NCBI RefSeq assembly: GCF_000247565.1
Contig: NC_016893.1
Coordinates: 420,001-452,000, forward strand
Length of the DNA: 32,000 bases
Source of the DNA: Wigglesworthia glossinidia endosymbiont of Glossina morsitans morsitans (Yale colony)
Lineage (GTDB): Bacteria > Pseudomonadota > Gammaproteobacteria > Enterobacterales > Enterobacteriaceae
Direction of reading: 5' to 3'
Shown: one piece after another, positions 21,006-29,527 of the stretch
How positions within the stretch are numbered: the stretch's first letter is position 1
Layout of the letters: every line of letters starts with the position of its first letter
Program-made: the position numbers and the translations under genes
The notes under the pieces: model-generated
Databases searched by the model: none
The model's input: the letters and a program-made list of their open reading frames with translations, nothing else
Told to the model about the DNA's origin: nothing

Positions 21006-21560
21006 ATGAAACAATTTTTTTTCATTTTTTTAATTTTTTTTAATTTTATTAATTCAAATGTTGTATTAAGTGCAAATTGTTATACAGATCCTAATTCAAT
21101 TCGCATTGGATTTTCTCCAGGAAACACTGCACAAAAAATTATATTAGATGCAATAAAAGAGTCTTCGATATCTATCGATATCGCAGCATATTCATTTACA
21201 AGTAAATTAATCAGTTTAGCGCTAATGGATGCTGAACATCGTGGAGTAAAAATTAGAGTTTTAGCAGATAAAAAATCAAATAGCGGAAAATACACTGCAG
21301 TGACATATTTATCTAATCATAAAATTCCAGTCAGATTAAATGACAAATATTCTATTATGCATAATAAATTTATGATTATTGATCATAAATCAGTACAAAC
21401 TGGATCATTTAATTATACACAAAGTGCAGCAAACAAAAATGCGGAAAATGTAATTTTTATAAAAAATAGCGCAGAAATTGCAGAAAAATATGAACTAGAA
21501 TTTAATAGATTATGGAACGAAGCATTAGAACAACATAAAAATTATTTAATAAACAAATAA
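21006..21560 (+). CDS. Secreted single-HKD phospholipase-D-superfamily protein, Nuc-like endonuclease candidate
   Basis: The full PLD motif HxK-x4-D-x6-GSxN is present once (HNKFMIIDHKSVQTGSFN, nt 21360-21413). The predicted signal peptide is MKQFFFIFLIFFNFINSNVVLSA, and the mature size is about 160 aa. The layout (IGFSPG...AYSFT...HxK) matches what I remember of the plasmid pKM101 Nuc family. The ORF opens at 20976, but the ATG at 21006 gives a canonical signal peptide. Confidence 0.8.
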   Translation: MKQFFFIFLIFFNFINSNVVLSANCYTDPNSIRIGFSPGNTAQKIILDAIKESSISIDIAAYSFTSKLISLALMDAEHRGVKIRVLADKKSNSGKYTAVTYLSNHKIPVRLNDKYSIMHNKFMIIDHKSVQTGSFNYTQSAANKNAENVIFIKNSAEIAEKYELEFNRLWNEALEQHKNYLINK

Positions 21561-21599
21561 GTAAATTTACAACTATATATTGAAAAATTAATTTGTTAA

Positions 21600-22235
21600 A
21601 TGAAAAAAAAAATAATTTCTACTATTTTTTTAAGATTAAAAAAAAATATTCCCAATCCAGAAATTGAACTAAAATTTTCATCTAATTTTGAGCTTTTAAT
21701 AGCTGTTTTGTTGTCTGCAAAATCAAAAGACGTTCAAGTAAATAAAATTACTAAAAAATTATTTAATCAAGCTAATAATCCTAAAAAAATGTTACGCTTG
21801 GGTAAGCAAAAAATTATGGATTGTATCCGATCCATTGGGTTATATAAAAAAAAAACTGAATATATAATACGAGCTTGCCAAATTTTAATAAAAAACTTTC
21901 GCGGCAATATTCCAAATAATAGATCCGACTTAGAGTCGCTTCCAGGAATTGGCAGAAAAAGTGCAAATGTTATACTAAATGTTGCATTTCATCAAAATAC
22001 TATCGGCGTAGATACCCATGTTTTTCGAGTAAGTAATCGATTAGGATTATCAAAATCAAATAATCTTAGATTTATTGAAAATCAGCTGATTTCTAATATT
22101 CCAAAAAAATTTGTTTTAAATAGTCATATGTGGCTTGTATTACATGGAAAATATACATGTAAATCTAAAAATCCTTTATGTAAAAGTTGCATTTTAAATG
22201 ATTTATGCCTGTATCATCAAAATGATATATTTTAA
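21600..22235 (+). CDS. nth: Endonuclease III (base-excision-repair DNA glycosylase/lyase)
   Basis: The helix-hairpin-helix motif LPGIGRKSANVIL, the catalytic Lys/Asp region and the 4Fe-4S ligand set C-x6-C-x2-C-x5-C (CKSKNPLCKSCILNDLC) are present. Confidence 0.95.
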   Translation: MKKKIISTIFLRLKKNIPNPEIELKFSSNFELLIAVLLSAKSKDVQVNKITKKLFNQANNPKKMLRLGKQKIMDCIRSIGLYKKKTEYIIRACQILIKNFRGNIPNNRSDLESLPGIGRKSANVILNVAFHQNTIGVDTHVFRVSNRLGLSKSNNLRFIENQLISNIPKKFVLNSHMWLVLHGKYTCKSKNPLCKSCILNDLCLYHQNDIF

Positions 22236-23521
22236 AATGCATGCATCCAAATTAACAAGCAGAAATTTTTTTTTCCTTTTTTTAATATCGTGTATTTATC
22301 GTATAATTTATCTGAATTTTTAAAGATATAATTTTCGGGCACATTTTTGCTATTATTAATAGAAACCGAAGAAGATAAAATTATATTTTGAGCATTTTTT
22401 TTTGATTTGGATAATCCAGAATTTACTAAAATACTTTTGATATCTATATTTTTTTTAAAAACTTTATATATACGAACTCCCGAAATTGATAATAAAATAA
22501 AATCTTTTTCTGAAATTTTTAAAACATCTTTATGAAATAAAATACTTGTTGCTTTTTTTGCTAAGTTTAGTTGTTTTTTTCCGTGTACAATATGCGTAAT
22601 TTCTTGAGCTAAAATTTTTTGTATTACAAATGGTTTTATTTTTTTATGAATAAATTTTTTTTCTAGTTTAGAAATATCTGAAATTTTTAAAAAAGTAAAC
22701 ATTTTTAAAAATTTAAATACATCTTCGTCTGAAGAGTTAAGCCAAAATTGATAAAAATCATAAACGCTAGTTTTATTTTTATCTAACCAAATAATTGATT
22801 TACAATTATCAGATTTTCCTAATTTAGTTCCATTAGATCTAACCATTAATGGTGTAGTAAGTCCATATACGGTTTTTTTATTTACATGATTTACCAAATC
22901 AATTCCTAAAGTGATATTTCCCCATTGATCTGACCCGCCAATTTGTAATATTACATTATATTTTTTATTTAAGAAGCAATAATCATATCCTTGCAGAAAA
23001 CTATAAGAAAAAGTCATGAATGATAGATGAGCTTTTTTTCGCAATCTCATTTTGATTGATTCTTTATTTAATAATTTGTTTACTGAACAGTAAATTCCAA
23101 ATTTTCTTAAAAAATCCAAAATAGTTAAATTTTTTAACCAAGAATAATTATTTAAAATATTTAAGGATGTTAAATTTTTTTTACATAATATAAAACTTTT
23201 GATTTGTTTTTCTATTTTTTGAGTCCAATTATAAACTGTTTCTTTATGCAAAAAATTCGCATTTTTTTCTTTGAAACTAGGATCTCCAATTAATGCAGTA
23301 GCTCCACCTATTACGACGATAGGAATGTGTCCATTTAAATAAAAATGTTTTAAACATAATAAAGGTATTAAGTGTCCTATATGCAAACTTTCTGCAGTGG
23401 GATCAAACCCGCAATAAATATGAATTTTTTTTTCTTGTACGGTTTTTTTTAGATTAATTTCGTCAGTTAATTTTTTAATTAAACCTCGGTTGTACAATTC
23501 TTGGATAATATTAGTTCTCAT
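22232..23521 (-). CDS. tyrS: Tyrosine--tRNA ligase
   Basis: YCGFDPTAESLHIGHL (HIGH motif), KLGKS (KMSKS-type motif) and a C-terminal S4-like domain are present. Confidence 0.96.
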   Translation of the reverse strand: MRTNIIQELYNRGLIKKLTDEINLKKTVQEKKIHIYCGFDPTAESLHIGHLIPLLCLKHFYLNGHIPIVVIGGATALIGDPSFKEKNANFLHKETVYNWTQKIEKQIKSFILCKKNLTSLNILNNYSWLKNLTILDFLRKFGIYCSVNKLLNKESIKMRLRKKAHLSFMTFSYSFLQGYDYCFLNKKYNVILQIGGSDQWGNITLGIDLVNHVNKKTVYGLTTPLMVRSNGTKLGKSDNCKSIIWLDKNKTSVYDFYQFWLNSSDEDVFKFLKMFTFLKISDISKLEKKFIHKKIKPFVIQKILAQEITHIVHGKKQLNLAKKATSILFHKDVLKISEKDFILLSISGVRIYKVFKKNIDIKSILVNSGLSKSKKNAQNIILSSSVSINNSKNVPENYIFKNSDKLYDKYTILKKGKKNFCLLIWMHAF

Positions 23522-23558
23522 GTTATTTTTTATTTCATAAAATAATTTATTCTAAAAA

Positions 23559-24209
23559 TTACGGAGATACACGCATTTTTTTCCATTTGGAATTAATTTT
23601 TTTATATAAAAATCTATCATGTAATCGATTACATCTGCCTTGCCAAAATTCTGCTGTATCAATATCGACTTGATACCCTCCCCAAAATTTTGGACACGGT
23701 ATATATGTATTTGAAAATTTTTTTTGAAATTTTTTAAATTTATTTTCTAATATTTTTCTATTAGGAATTTTTTGTGATTGTTTTGATGCCCAGATGCTAA
23801 TTTGACTTAATCTTGGTCGAGTATAAAAATATTTTACAATTTTGTCACGTGATATTTTTTTTGCAGTACCTAAAAATAAAATTTGTCTATTAATATGATT
23901 CCATATAAATAATAGACTAACATGAGCATTATGTTGTATATGAAATGCTTTTCTGCTTTTAAAGTTAGTAAAAAATATAATTTTGTTCTGTTCAATTTTT
24001 TTTAGTAAAACAATTCTTTGATACGGTCTATTTTTTTGATCTACTGTGCCTAGACTCATCATATTAAGATCTGGTATTTTTGCTTGATATGCATCTTTTA
24101 ACCATAATTTAAATAAATTTATCGGATGATAAGTCAATTGATAACTTCTTAATTTTCCTATTGTATATTCTCTACGTGACAATAAAATTGTATTTAATTT
24201 TTTATTCAT
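23559..24209 (-). CDS. pdxH: Pyridoxamine/pyridoxine 5'-phosphate oxidase
   Basis: [15 protein letters not shown] and the C-terminal EFWQGR.NRLHDRF..Y motifs are present. The adjacency to tyrS is as in E. coli. Confidence 0.95.
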   Translation of the reverse strand: MNKKLNTILLSRREYTIGKLRSYQLTYHPINLFKLWLKDAYQAKIPDLNMMSLGTVDQKNRPYQRIVLLKKIEQNKIIFFTNFKSRKAFHIQHNAHVSLLFIWNHINRQILFLGTAKKISRDKIVKYFYTRPRLSQISIWASKQSQKIPNRKILENKFKKFQKKFSNTYIPCPKFWGGYQVDIDTAEFWQGRCNRLHDRFLYKKINSKWKKMRVSP

Positions 24210-24252
24210 TTAATGCTCAAAAAAAAGAAATAATCATAAACTTTGAAATTAG

Positions 24253-24272
24253 CCGGTCTTAAGTAAGACCGG
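24253..24272 (-). terminator. GC-rich hairpin downstream of slyA, a putative terminator or insulator between slyA and pdxH-tyrS
   Basis: CCGGTCTTA-AG-TAAGACCGG has perfect 9-nt inverted arms. It lies 31 nt after the slyA stop and 44 nt before the pdxH start. It is the only G/C-rich stem I saw in any intergenic region of the window. The U-tract on the minus strand is poor. Confidence 0.5.
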
Positions 24273-24302
24273 ATATATTTGTTAAAATCTACTTTAGTAG
24301 AG

Positions 24303-24737
24303 TTAAGATTTATTGTACAATTCTAGAATATTCTTTTCTAATTTAGAAATCATTTGACTAAGCCATTTAATTTCTTCTTGATTAATACCATTAAGAATTT
24401 CTTCTCGTGTAGTGTGAATAACATTATTAACTTGCTTAATAATTGGTTCTGCAAATTTAGTTAACTTAATTCTTTTAGCTCTCCTATCATTTGCACACGT
24501 ATGGCGTGTAATAAGTTTTTTTTCTTCTAACTGATCTAAAGTCCTTACTAGTGACGGTTGCTCAATCCCGATTGCTTTTGCCAATTGAATTTGAGATTGT
24601 TCAGGTGGTAATTGGCAAATATTATGTAAAGTTATCCAGTGTGTTTGTGTAAGCTCTAATGGTTTTAAGCGATGATCAATTAAGGCACGCCATATTCTTA
24701 CTAAACGCGCTAAATCAGATCCTAATGGTGATTCCAA
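24303..24737 (-). CDS. slyA: MarR-family transcriptional regulator SlyA
   Basis: The N-terminal ~93 aa ([34 protein letters not shown]...[14 protein letters not shown]...[10 protein letters not shown]) are nearly identical to E. coli/Salmonella SlyA as I remember it. Confidence 0.95.
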   Translation of the reverse strand: MESPLGSDLARLVRIWRALIDHRLKPLELTQTHWITLHNICQLPPEQSQIQLAKAIGIEQPSLVRTLDQLEEKKLITRHTCANDRRAKRIKLTKFAEPIIKQVNNVIHTTREEILNGINQEEIKWLSQMISKLEKNILELYNKS

Positions 24738-25196
24738 TTTGCTCTCCTTATCTAAACAGATATTAAATAATTTTATATTTTATTAATATATTTAGTAATT
24801 CAAAAAATATTATTTATTTTAAATAAATACAATTATACATATTTTTAAAAAACATATACAATGTTTATATTTGTTATTTTAATATTTTATATGACATTAA
24901 TTGTATTAAAAAATTTATTTATATTCTATAAATTATTAATAAATAATTATTATGTTATAATTAGAATAATTTTGATGTATATTTGTTTTTTTCAAGAAAT
25001 ATTTACAATATAATCAAAATGTTATAACTTACAATTAATAAATTTATTAAATTATTGATAGTTAATTAAAATCAATCATAATATAAAAGTCAATAATATT
25101 TTGATGCGAATGAGTTTAAATTCATTTTTTATTATATAATGTATTGAAACATTTTTAATAAAAGAATTACTTTTATTATAATTTTAAATTTTTATT

Positions 25197-25853
25197 ATGC
25201 TTCAAAAAAATCAAAAAAATACCCTGCATAAACGTTTTAGAGGATTTTATCCAGTAGTAATTGATGTAGAAACTGCAGGATTTAATTCTGAAAAAGATGC
25301 TTTATTAGAAATTGCAATAATTACGTTTAAAATGGATCATAATGGATGGTTAATCATAGATCGTAAATTACATTTTCATATTATTCCGTTTCCTGGTTTA
25401 AACATTGAAAAAACAGCACTGGCATTTAATAAAATTGATCCTTATAATCCTTTAAGAACTGCAATAAAAGAAATTGAAGCGCTGAAAAAAATTTTTTATA
25501 CTGTGCATCAAGGTATTAATTTGCAATCTTGTACTAAAGCAATCGTAGTTGCACACAACGCAGCTTTTGACCATAGTTTTCTGATGGCAGCTATTAAACG
25601 ATCATCATTAAAATACAATCCGTTTCATCTTTTTTCAACTTTTGATACAGCAACATTAAGTGGATTAGCGCTTGGACAAACAGTTTTGGCTAAAGCATGT
25701 ATAGCGGCCGGAATTAAATTTGATACTAACTCCGCACATTCGGCATTGTATGATACAGAAAGAACTGCTAAATTATTTTGTGAAATCGTGAATCGATGGA
25801 AGCGCTTAGGCGGATGGCCAGTTAATCAGAATAAAAGAATTAAATATAAATAA
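25197..25853 (+). CDS. rnt: Ribonuclease T
   Basis: [16 protein letters not shown] (DEDD exo motif I), [11 protein letters not shown] and [12 protein letters not shown] motifs are present. Confidence 0.95.
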   Translation: MLQKNQKNTLHKRFRGFYPVVIDVETAGFNSEKDALLEIAIITFKMDHNGWLIIDRKLHFHIIPFPGLNIEKTALAFNKIDPYNPLRTAIKEIEALKKIFYTVHQGINLQSCTKAIVVAHNAAFDHSFLMAAIKRSSLKYNPFHLFSTFDTATLSGLALGQTVLAKACIAAGIKFDTNSAHSALYDTERTAKLFCEIVNRWKRLGGWPVNQNKRIKYK

Positions 25854-25873
25854 TGATAATTTAAAAGTATCTT

Positions 25874-26209
25874 TTATTCGTTAGGAGTTGCCGACTTTAA
25901 TGCATTACTAATTAGTGGTATTAATTCCCCGTTTTTATGCATTTGTGTTACTATATCGCATCCTCCAATTAAATTACCATTAATCCATAATTGAGGAAAA
26001 GTTGGCCAGTTAGCGAACTCAGGTAATTTCAAACGAATATCTGGATTTTCAAGAACATCTATATATGCAAATCTAAATCCTGAATTACATAATATTTGTG
26101 ATATTTGCGCAGAAAATCCACACTTAGGATGTTCCGGAGAACCTTTCATATATAAAATAATTAAGTTTTTTTTTATTTGTTCCTTAATTTTTTTTATTGT
26201 ATTATCCAT
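25874..26209 (-). CDS. grxD: Monothiol glutaredoxin Grx4
   Basis: LYMKGSP..PKCGFS carries the CGFS active site, and WPTFPQLWI.G.L.GGCDI is present. The tracked ORF extends to 26269, but the ATG at 26209 (MDNTIKKIKEQI) aligns with the E. coli N-terminus. Confidence 0.93.
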   Translation of the reverse strand: MDNTIKKIKEQIKKNLIILYMKGSPEHPKCGFSAQISQILCNSGFRFAYIDVLENPDIRLKLPEFANWPTFPQLWINGNLIGGCDIVTQMHKNGELIPLISNALKSATPNE

Positions 26210-26268
26210 ATAATTTTCCAAAAAAAAATATTGCATATAAATTTTAACGTCATACTTACTTGCATGCA

Positions 26269-26883
26269 TTAATTAAATTTTTTACTGATTATTTTTTCTG
26301 TTGTATCAACAATCGCTTGTATGTTTAAATCTATTTCGATATTTAATAAATCTCCGACTATTTTAGTATTTAAAGTTGTTTTAGAAATTGTTTCGGGAAT
26401 TAAATGTACATAAAAGCCGTTATTAAACATTTTTGAAATAGTTAGACTAATTCCTTCAATTCCAATATATCCTTTATAAAAAAAATATTTCATTAACTTT
26501 TTATTTAAAACTTCAACGCATATAGTTTTTGAATTTGAATCAACATTAACTTTTGATATTTTTCCGCAGCATGTAACATGACCGGACATAACATGCCCGC
26601 CTATTGGTTGACAAAGCGTAGTTGATTTTTCTAGGTTAATACGATCGCCAACTTTTATGTTAGAAAAGTTTGTAATTTTAATTGTTTCTTGTATTAAATC
26701 AAAAGTTATATGTTCGTTTTCAATTTTAGTTATTGTTAAACAGCATCCGTTGTTAGATATAGAATCTCCTATTGATAAATTTGATAAAAGATTTTTCGGG
26801 AAAAGTACGCTATAAGTAAATAAGTTATTGCTTTTTTTTAAAAAAGTGACAGTCCCTATACCTTGTATAATTCCTGTAAACAT
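26269..26883 (-). CDS. ribE: Riboflavin synthase (alpha chain)
   Basis: MFTGIIQG, the duplicated lumazine-binding repeats (NGCCLT / GISLT) and GGH.MSGH are present. The gene is also called ribC in E. coli nomenclature. Confidence 0.95.
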   Translation of the reverse strand: MFTGIIQGIGTVTFLKKSNNLFTYSVLFPKNLLSNLSIGDSISNNGCCLTITKIENEHITFDLIQETIKITNFSNIKVGDRINLEKSTTLCQPIGGHVMSGHVTCCGKISKVNVDSNSKTICVEVLNKKLMKYFFYKGYIGIEGISLTISKMFNNGFYVHLIPETISKTTLNTKIVGDLLNIEIDLNIQAIVDTTEKIISKKFN

Positions 26884-27014
26884 GAAATTCTTTGTTAAAT
26901 ATTAATAAATTTGTTCTATCGAGTATAGACTATATTTTATGTACTTACAATAAAAAATATCTTTTAAATTTTACAAATTTATAATCAATTTGATGTATAT
27001 AAATTTTTTTATTT

Positions 27015-27089
27015 TACGTCTGAGTGGATTTGAACCACTGACCTCCACCATGTCAAGGTGGCACTCTAACCATGCTGAGCTACAGACGT
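27015..27089 (-). tRNA. tRNA-Val, anticodon GAC
   Basis: The minus-strand sequence folds by hand into a cloverleaf: acceptor ACGTCTG/CAGACGT, U8, D-arm GCTC..GAGT, anticodon stem CCACC/GGTGG with loop TTGACAT, variable loop AGGTC, T-arm AGTGG-TTCAAAT-CCACT and discriminator A. The 3' CCA is not encoded. Confidence 0.92.
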
Positions 27090-27266
27090 AAAAAAGTGCT
27101 TTTTATAATTCAACGAGTTTAATTTTAACATACTTAAAGTTATTTAAATAAAAAATTTTTTATAAGTTTTAATATGTATTTAAATATTCATGAGATATAA
27201 AAATGTTCTGAAAAAAATTAAGATTTAGTATATTATAATTTTGTTAGTTTTTTTAAAATAAAAAAT

Positions 27267-28319
27267 ATGAAAAATCAAAAATTTTCTTTATATAAAAAGT
27301 CTGGAGTTAATATTGAATCAGCTCATATTTTAATGAATAAAATAAAATCTATAGCGATTACCACATATTCTCCAGAAGTAATGAATAGCATTGGAGGATT
27401 TGCCGCATTATGTGCGGTTCCCAAAATATATAATCAACCAATATTAGTTTTAAGTACGGATGGAGTTGGAACAAAGTTACGTTTTGCAATTGATACTAAT
27501 ATGCATAAAAATATCGGTATAGATCTCGTAGCAATGTGCGTAAATGATATCCTTACACAAGGAGCAAAACCTATCTTTTTTTTAGATTATTATGCCACTG
27601 GAAAACTAGATATAAAAATATCTTTGCAGATTATTGAAGGAATTATAGAAGGATGTAAAATTTCTCAATGTGCGTTAGTCGGCGGAGAAACTTCAGAAAT
27701 GCCAGGAATATATAAGAAAAAAGATTATGATTTGTCGGGATTTTGTGTTGGAATAGCAAATCAGTCAAATTTAATTGATACTGATAAAGTTAGAATTGGA
27801 GATTCAATTTTAGCACTAGCTTCTAATGGATTACACTCTAACGGATATTCTCTAATAAGAAAAATTATATTACAAAAAAAAATTGATTACAATCAATACA
27901 TTTTAGATCAACAAAAATTAATTGATTATTTATTAATTCCTACTCGTATTTACGTAAAATCCATATTAAATTTAATGCAAAAAATTAATATACATGCTAT
28001 TGCCCATATTACAGGAGGCGGATTAATTGAAAATATTACAAGAATTTTACCAGAAACAACATGTGCTTTAATTCAAGAAAAAACTTGGAAGTGGCCAATT
28101 ATTTTTAAATGGCTAAGTAATATTGCTAGTATTCAAAAGTTAGAAATGTATAATATTTTTAATTGTGGAATTGGAATGATTATTATTGTTTCTGAAAAGA
28201 ATGCTACAAAATCACTGCAAATACTAAAAGAAAATGGAGAAAAAGCATGGAAAGTTGGAAAAATTATACCTAGAAAATTACATAAAACATCTATATTTTT
28301 TGAAAATTTTTCTATTTAA
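27267..28319 (+). CDS. purM: Phosphoribosylformylglycinamidine cyclo-ligase (AIR synthetase)
   Basis: DGVGTKL, GIDLVAMCVNDI, FFLDYYATGKL and GGETSEMPG motifs are present. Confidence 0.96.
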   Translation: MKNQKFSLYKKSGVNIESAHILMNKIKSIAITTYSPEVMNSIGGFAALCAVPKIYNQPILVLSTDGVGTKLRFAIDTNMHKNIGIDLVAMCVNDILTQGAKPIFFLDYYATGKLDIKISLQIIEGIIEGCKISQCALVGGETSEMPGIYKKKDYDLSGFCVGIANQSNLIDTDKVRIGDSILALASNGLHSNGYSLIRKIILQKKIDYNQYILDQQKLIDYLLIPTRIYVKSILNLMQKINIHAIAHITGGGLIENITRILPETTCALIQEKTWKWPIIFKWLSNIASIQKLEMYNIFNCGIGMIIIVSEKNATKSLQILKENGEKAWKVGKIIPRKLHKTSIFFENFSI

Positions 28320-28404
28320 AATAGCTATTAAATAATTATAAAAAATTATATTTCATCGAATTTTATTAAAAAATAATTATATATTCTGTATACTGTACAG
28401 TCAG

Positions 28405-28433
28405 TATTGAATAATAAAAAGTTTTGGTATAAT
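28405..28433 (+). promoter_or_regulatory. Candidate sigma70 promoter with extended -10, upstream of dapA-purC
   Basis: TGgTATAAT (TG at 28425-28426, TATAAT at 28428-28433) is a perfect extended -10. A TTGAAT -35-like hexamer lies at 28407-28412, giving a short 15-nt spacer. The element is about 150 nt upstream of the dapA ATG. TATAAT-like strings are common at this AT content, so this call is weak. Confidence 0.3.
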
Positions 28434-28580
28434 AGAAATTTAACTTATTATTATTCAATAAATAAATTTTATATATAATTTAATTTTTATAAAATAAATT
28501 TTTTTAAAAGATATTAACATATACTGAAATATAATAATTTATTTAAACACATATAAATATAATTTTATAGGAAATTATAA

Positions 28581-29480
28581 ATGTTTTCAGGCAGTATAGT
28601 AGCATTAATTACACCTATGTTAAATTCAGGAAAGATAGATTTCTTTAGTCTAAAGAAATTACTAATTTATCATATGCATAGTAAAACTTCAGCAATATTA
28701 ATTTTAAGCACAACAGGAGAAGGTTATTCTTTAAATTTTAGAGAAAAATGTAAAATGTTAACGTATGTATTAGATTTTTGCGCTAAAAAAATACCCATTA
28801 TTATGGGAATAGGATCTTCTTCATTACAAGCAATATTAAAACAAATTTCTTTTTATAATCAAACAAGTATATCGGGATATTTAATATCAACACCATATTA
28901 TAGTTGTCCAAATCAAGTTGGTTTATATCAATATTTTAAAAAAATTTCTGAATTTACCAACATTCCTCAAATTATTTATAACATTCCTCGTCGTACTGGA
29001 TGCGATATACTACCAGAAACGATTGCAAAACTATCAAAAATTACAAATATTGTTGGTGTTAAGGAATCTAGTGGAGATTTAAGTCGAATTAAAAAAATAA
29101 AATTTTTATCTAATAATCATTTTAGCATATTATGCGGAGACGATATTAATATAGTAGACTTCATGAAATTAGGTGGATGTGGCGTAATTTCTATGGCAGC
29201 CAATATTCTTGCTAAAGAATCAGATCAATTATGTTTTTTAATGTATAATAAACATTATTATCAAGCAGAAAAAATATATCGTAAGTTTTATCAATTATAT
29301 AGTGCACTTACGATTGCACCTAATCCTGCTCCTATAAAATGGGCATGTAAATTTTTAGGACTAATTAAAACATATAAATCACGACTTCCTATTATTAATA
29401 TAGATAAAAAAAACATGTATTTTTTAAAAAAAATATTAAACAATACTAATATTTCTTATCAAGAAATAAACAATTTTTAA
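28581..29480 (+). CDS. dapA: 4-hydroxy-tetrahydrodipicolinate synthase
   Basis: MFSGSIVALITPM, TTGEG, YNIPRRTG and the Schiff-base lysine context VGVKESSG are present. Confidence 0.95.
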   Translation: MFSGSIVALITPMLNSGKIDFFSLKKLLIYHMHSKTSAILILSTTGEGYSLNFREKCKMLTYVLDFCAKKIPIIMGIGSSSLQAILKQISFYNQTSISGYLISTPYYSCPNQVGLYQYFKKISEFTNIPQIIYNIPRRTGCDILPETIAKLSKITNIVGVKESSGDLSRIKKIKFLSNNHFSILCGDDINIVDFMKLGGCGVISMAANILAKESDQLCFLMYNKHYYQAEKIYRKFYQLYSALTIAPNPAPIKWACKFLGLIKTYKSRLPIINIDKKNMYFLKKILNNTNISYQEINNF

Positions 29481-29527
29481 GTTTCAATTGAATATTAAAA
29501 TTTATCTTCAAGTGCTTTACTTATAGT

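Noticed and set aside
22232-22235. A 4-nt convergent overlap between the nth and tyrS stop regions.
   Set aside because: This is a trivial result of spacer loss in a compact genome. TyrS merely carries a few extra C-terminal residues, and no structure or function is implied.
24891-25013. A 40-codon hydrophobic ORF (MTLIVLKNLFIFYKLL...) in the slyA-rnt intergenic region.
   Set aside because: It has no Shine-Dalgarno sequence and its composition simply mirrors A/T-only DNA (I, L, F, Y, N, K). ORFs of this length arise by chance here. There is no supporting evidence.
24948-25035. An imperfect direct repeat, ATGTTATAAtTTA / ATGTTATAAcTTA, about 70 nt apart in the slyA-rnt spacer, considered as possible regulator binding sites.
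   Set aside because: A 12-of-13 match made of A/T-rich words is not clearly above chance in a 459-bp tract with very little G+C. It also does not resemble the remembered SlyA consensus (TTAGCAAGCTAA).
25107-25130. A stem-loop AATGA-N8-TCATT followed by a T-run upstream of rnt, which looks like a terminator.
   Set aside because: The stem is only 5 bp and there is no upstream co-oriented gene for it to terminate. It is probably a coincidence.
26884-27014. A possible FMN riboswitch or leader upstream of ribE.
   Set aside because: No conserved RFN-element sequence or structure is recognisable. In E. coli the riboflavin synthase gene is not riboswitch-controlled either.
28386-28400. LexA/SOS-box-like sequence CTGTATACTGTACAG upstream of dapA.
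   Set aside because: The spacing is CTGT-N7-ACAG (CTG-N9-CAG), one nucleotide short of the canonical CTGT-N8-ACAG box. Reduced endosymbionts usually lack lexA, and I cannot check that here. I kept it only as a generic palindrome finding.
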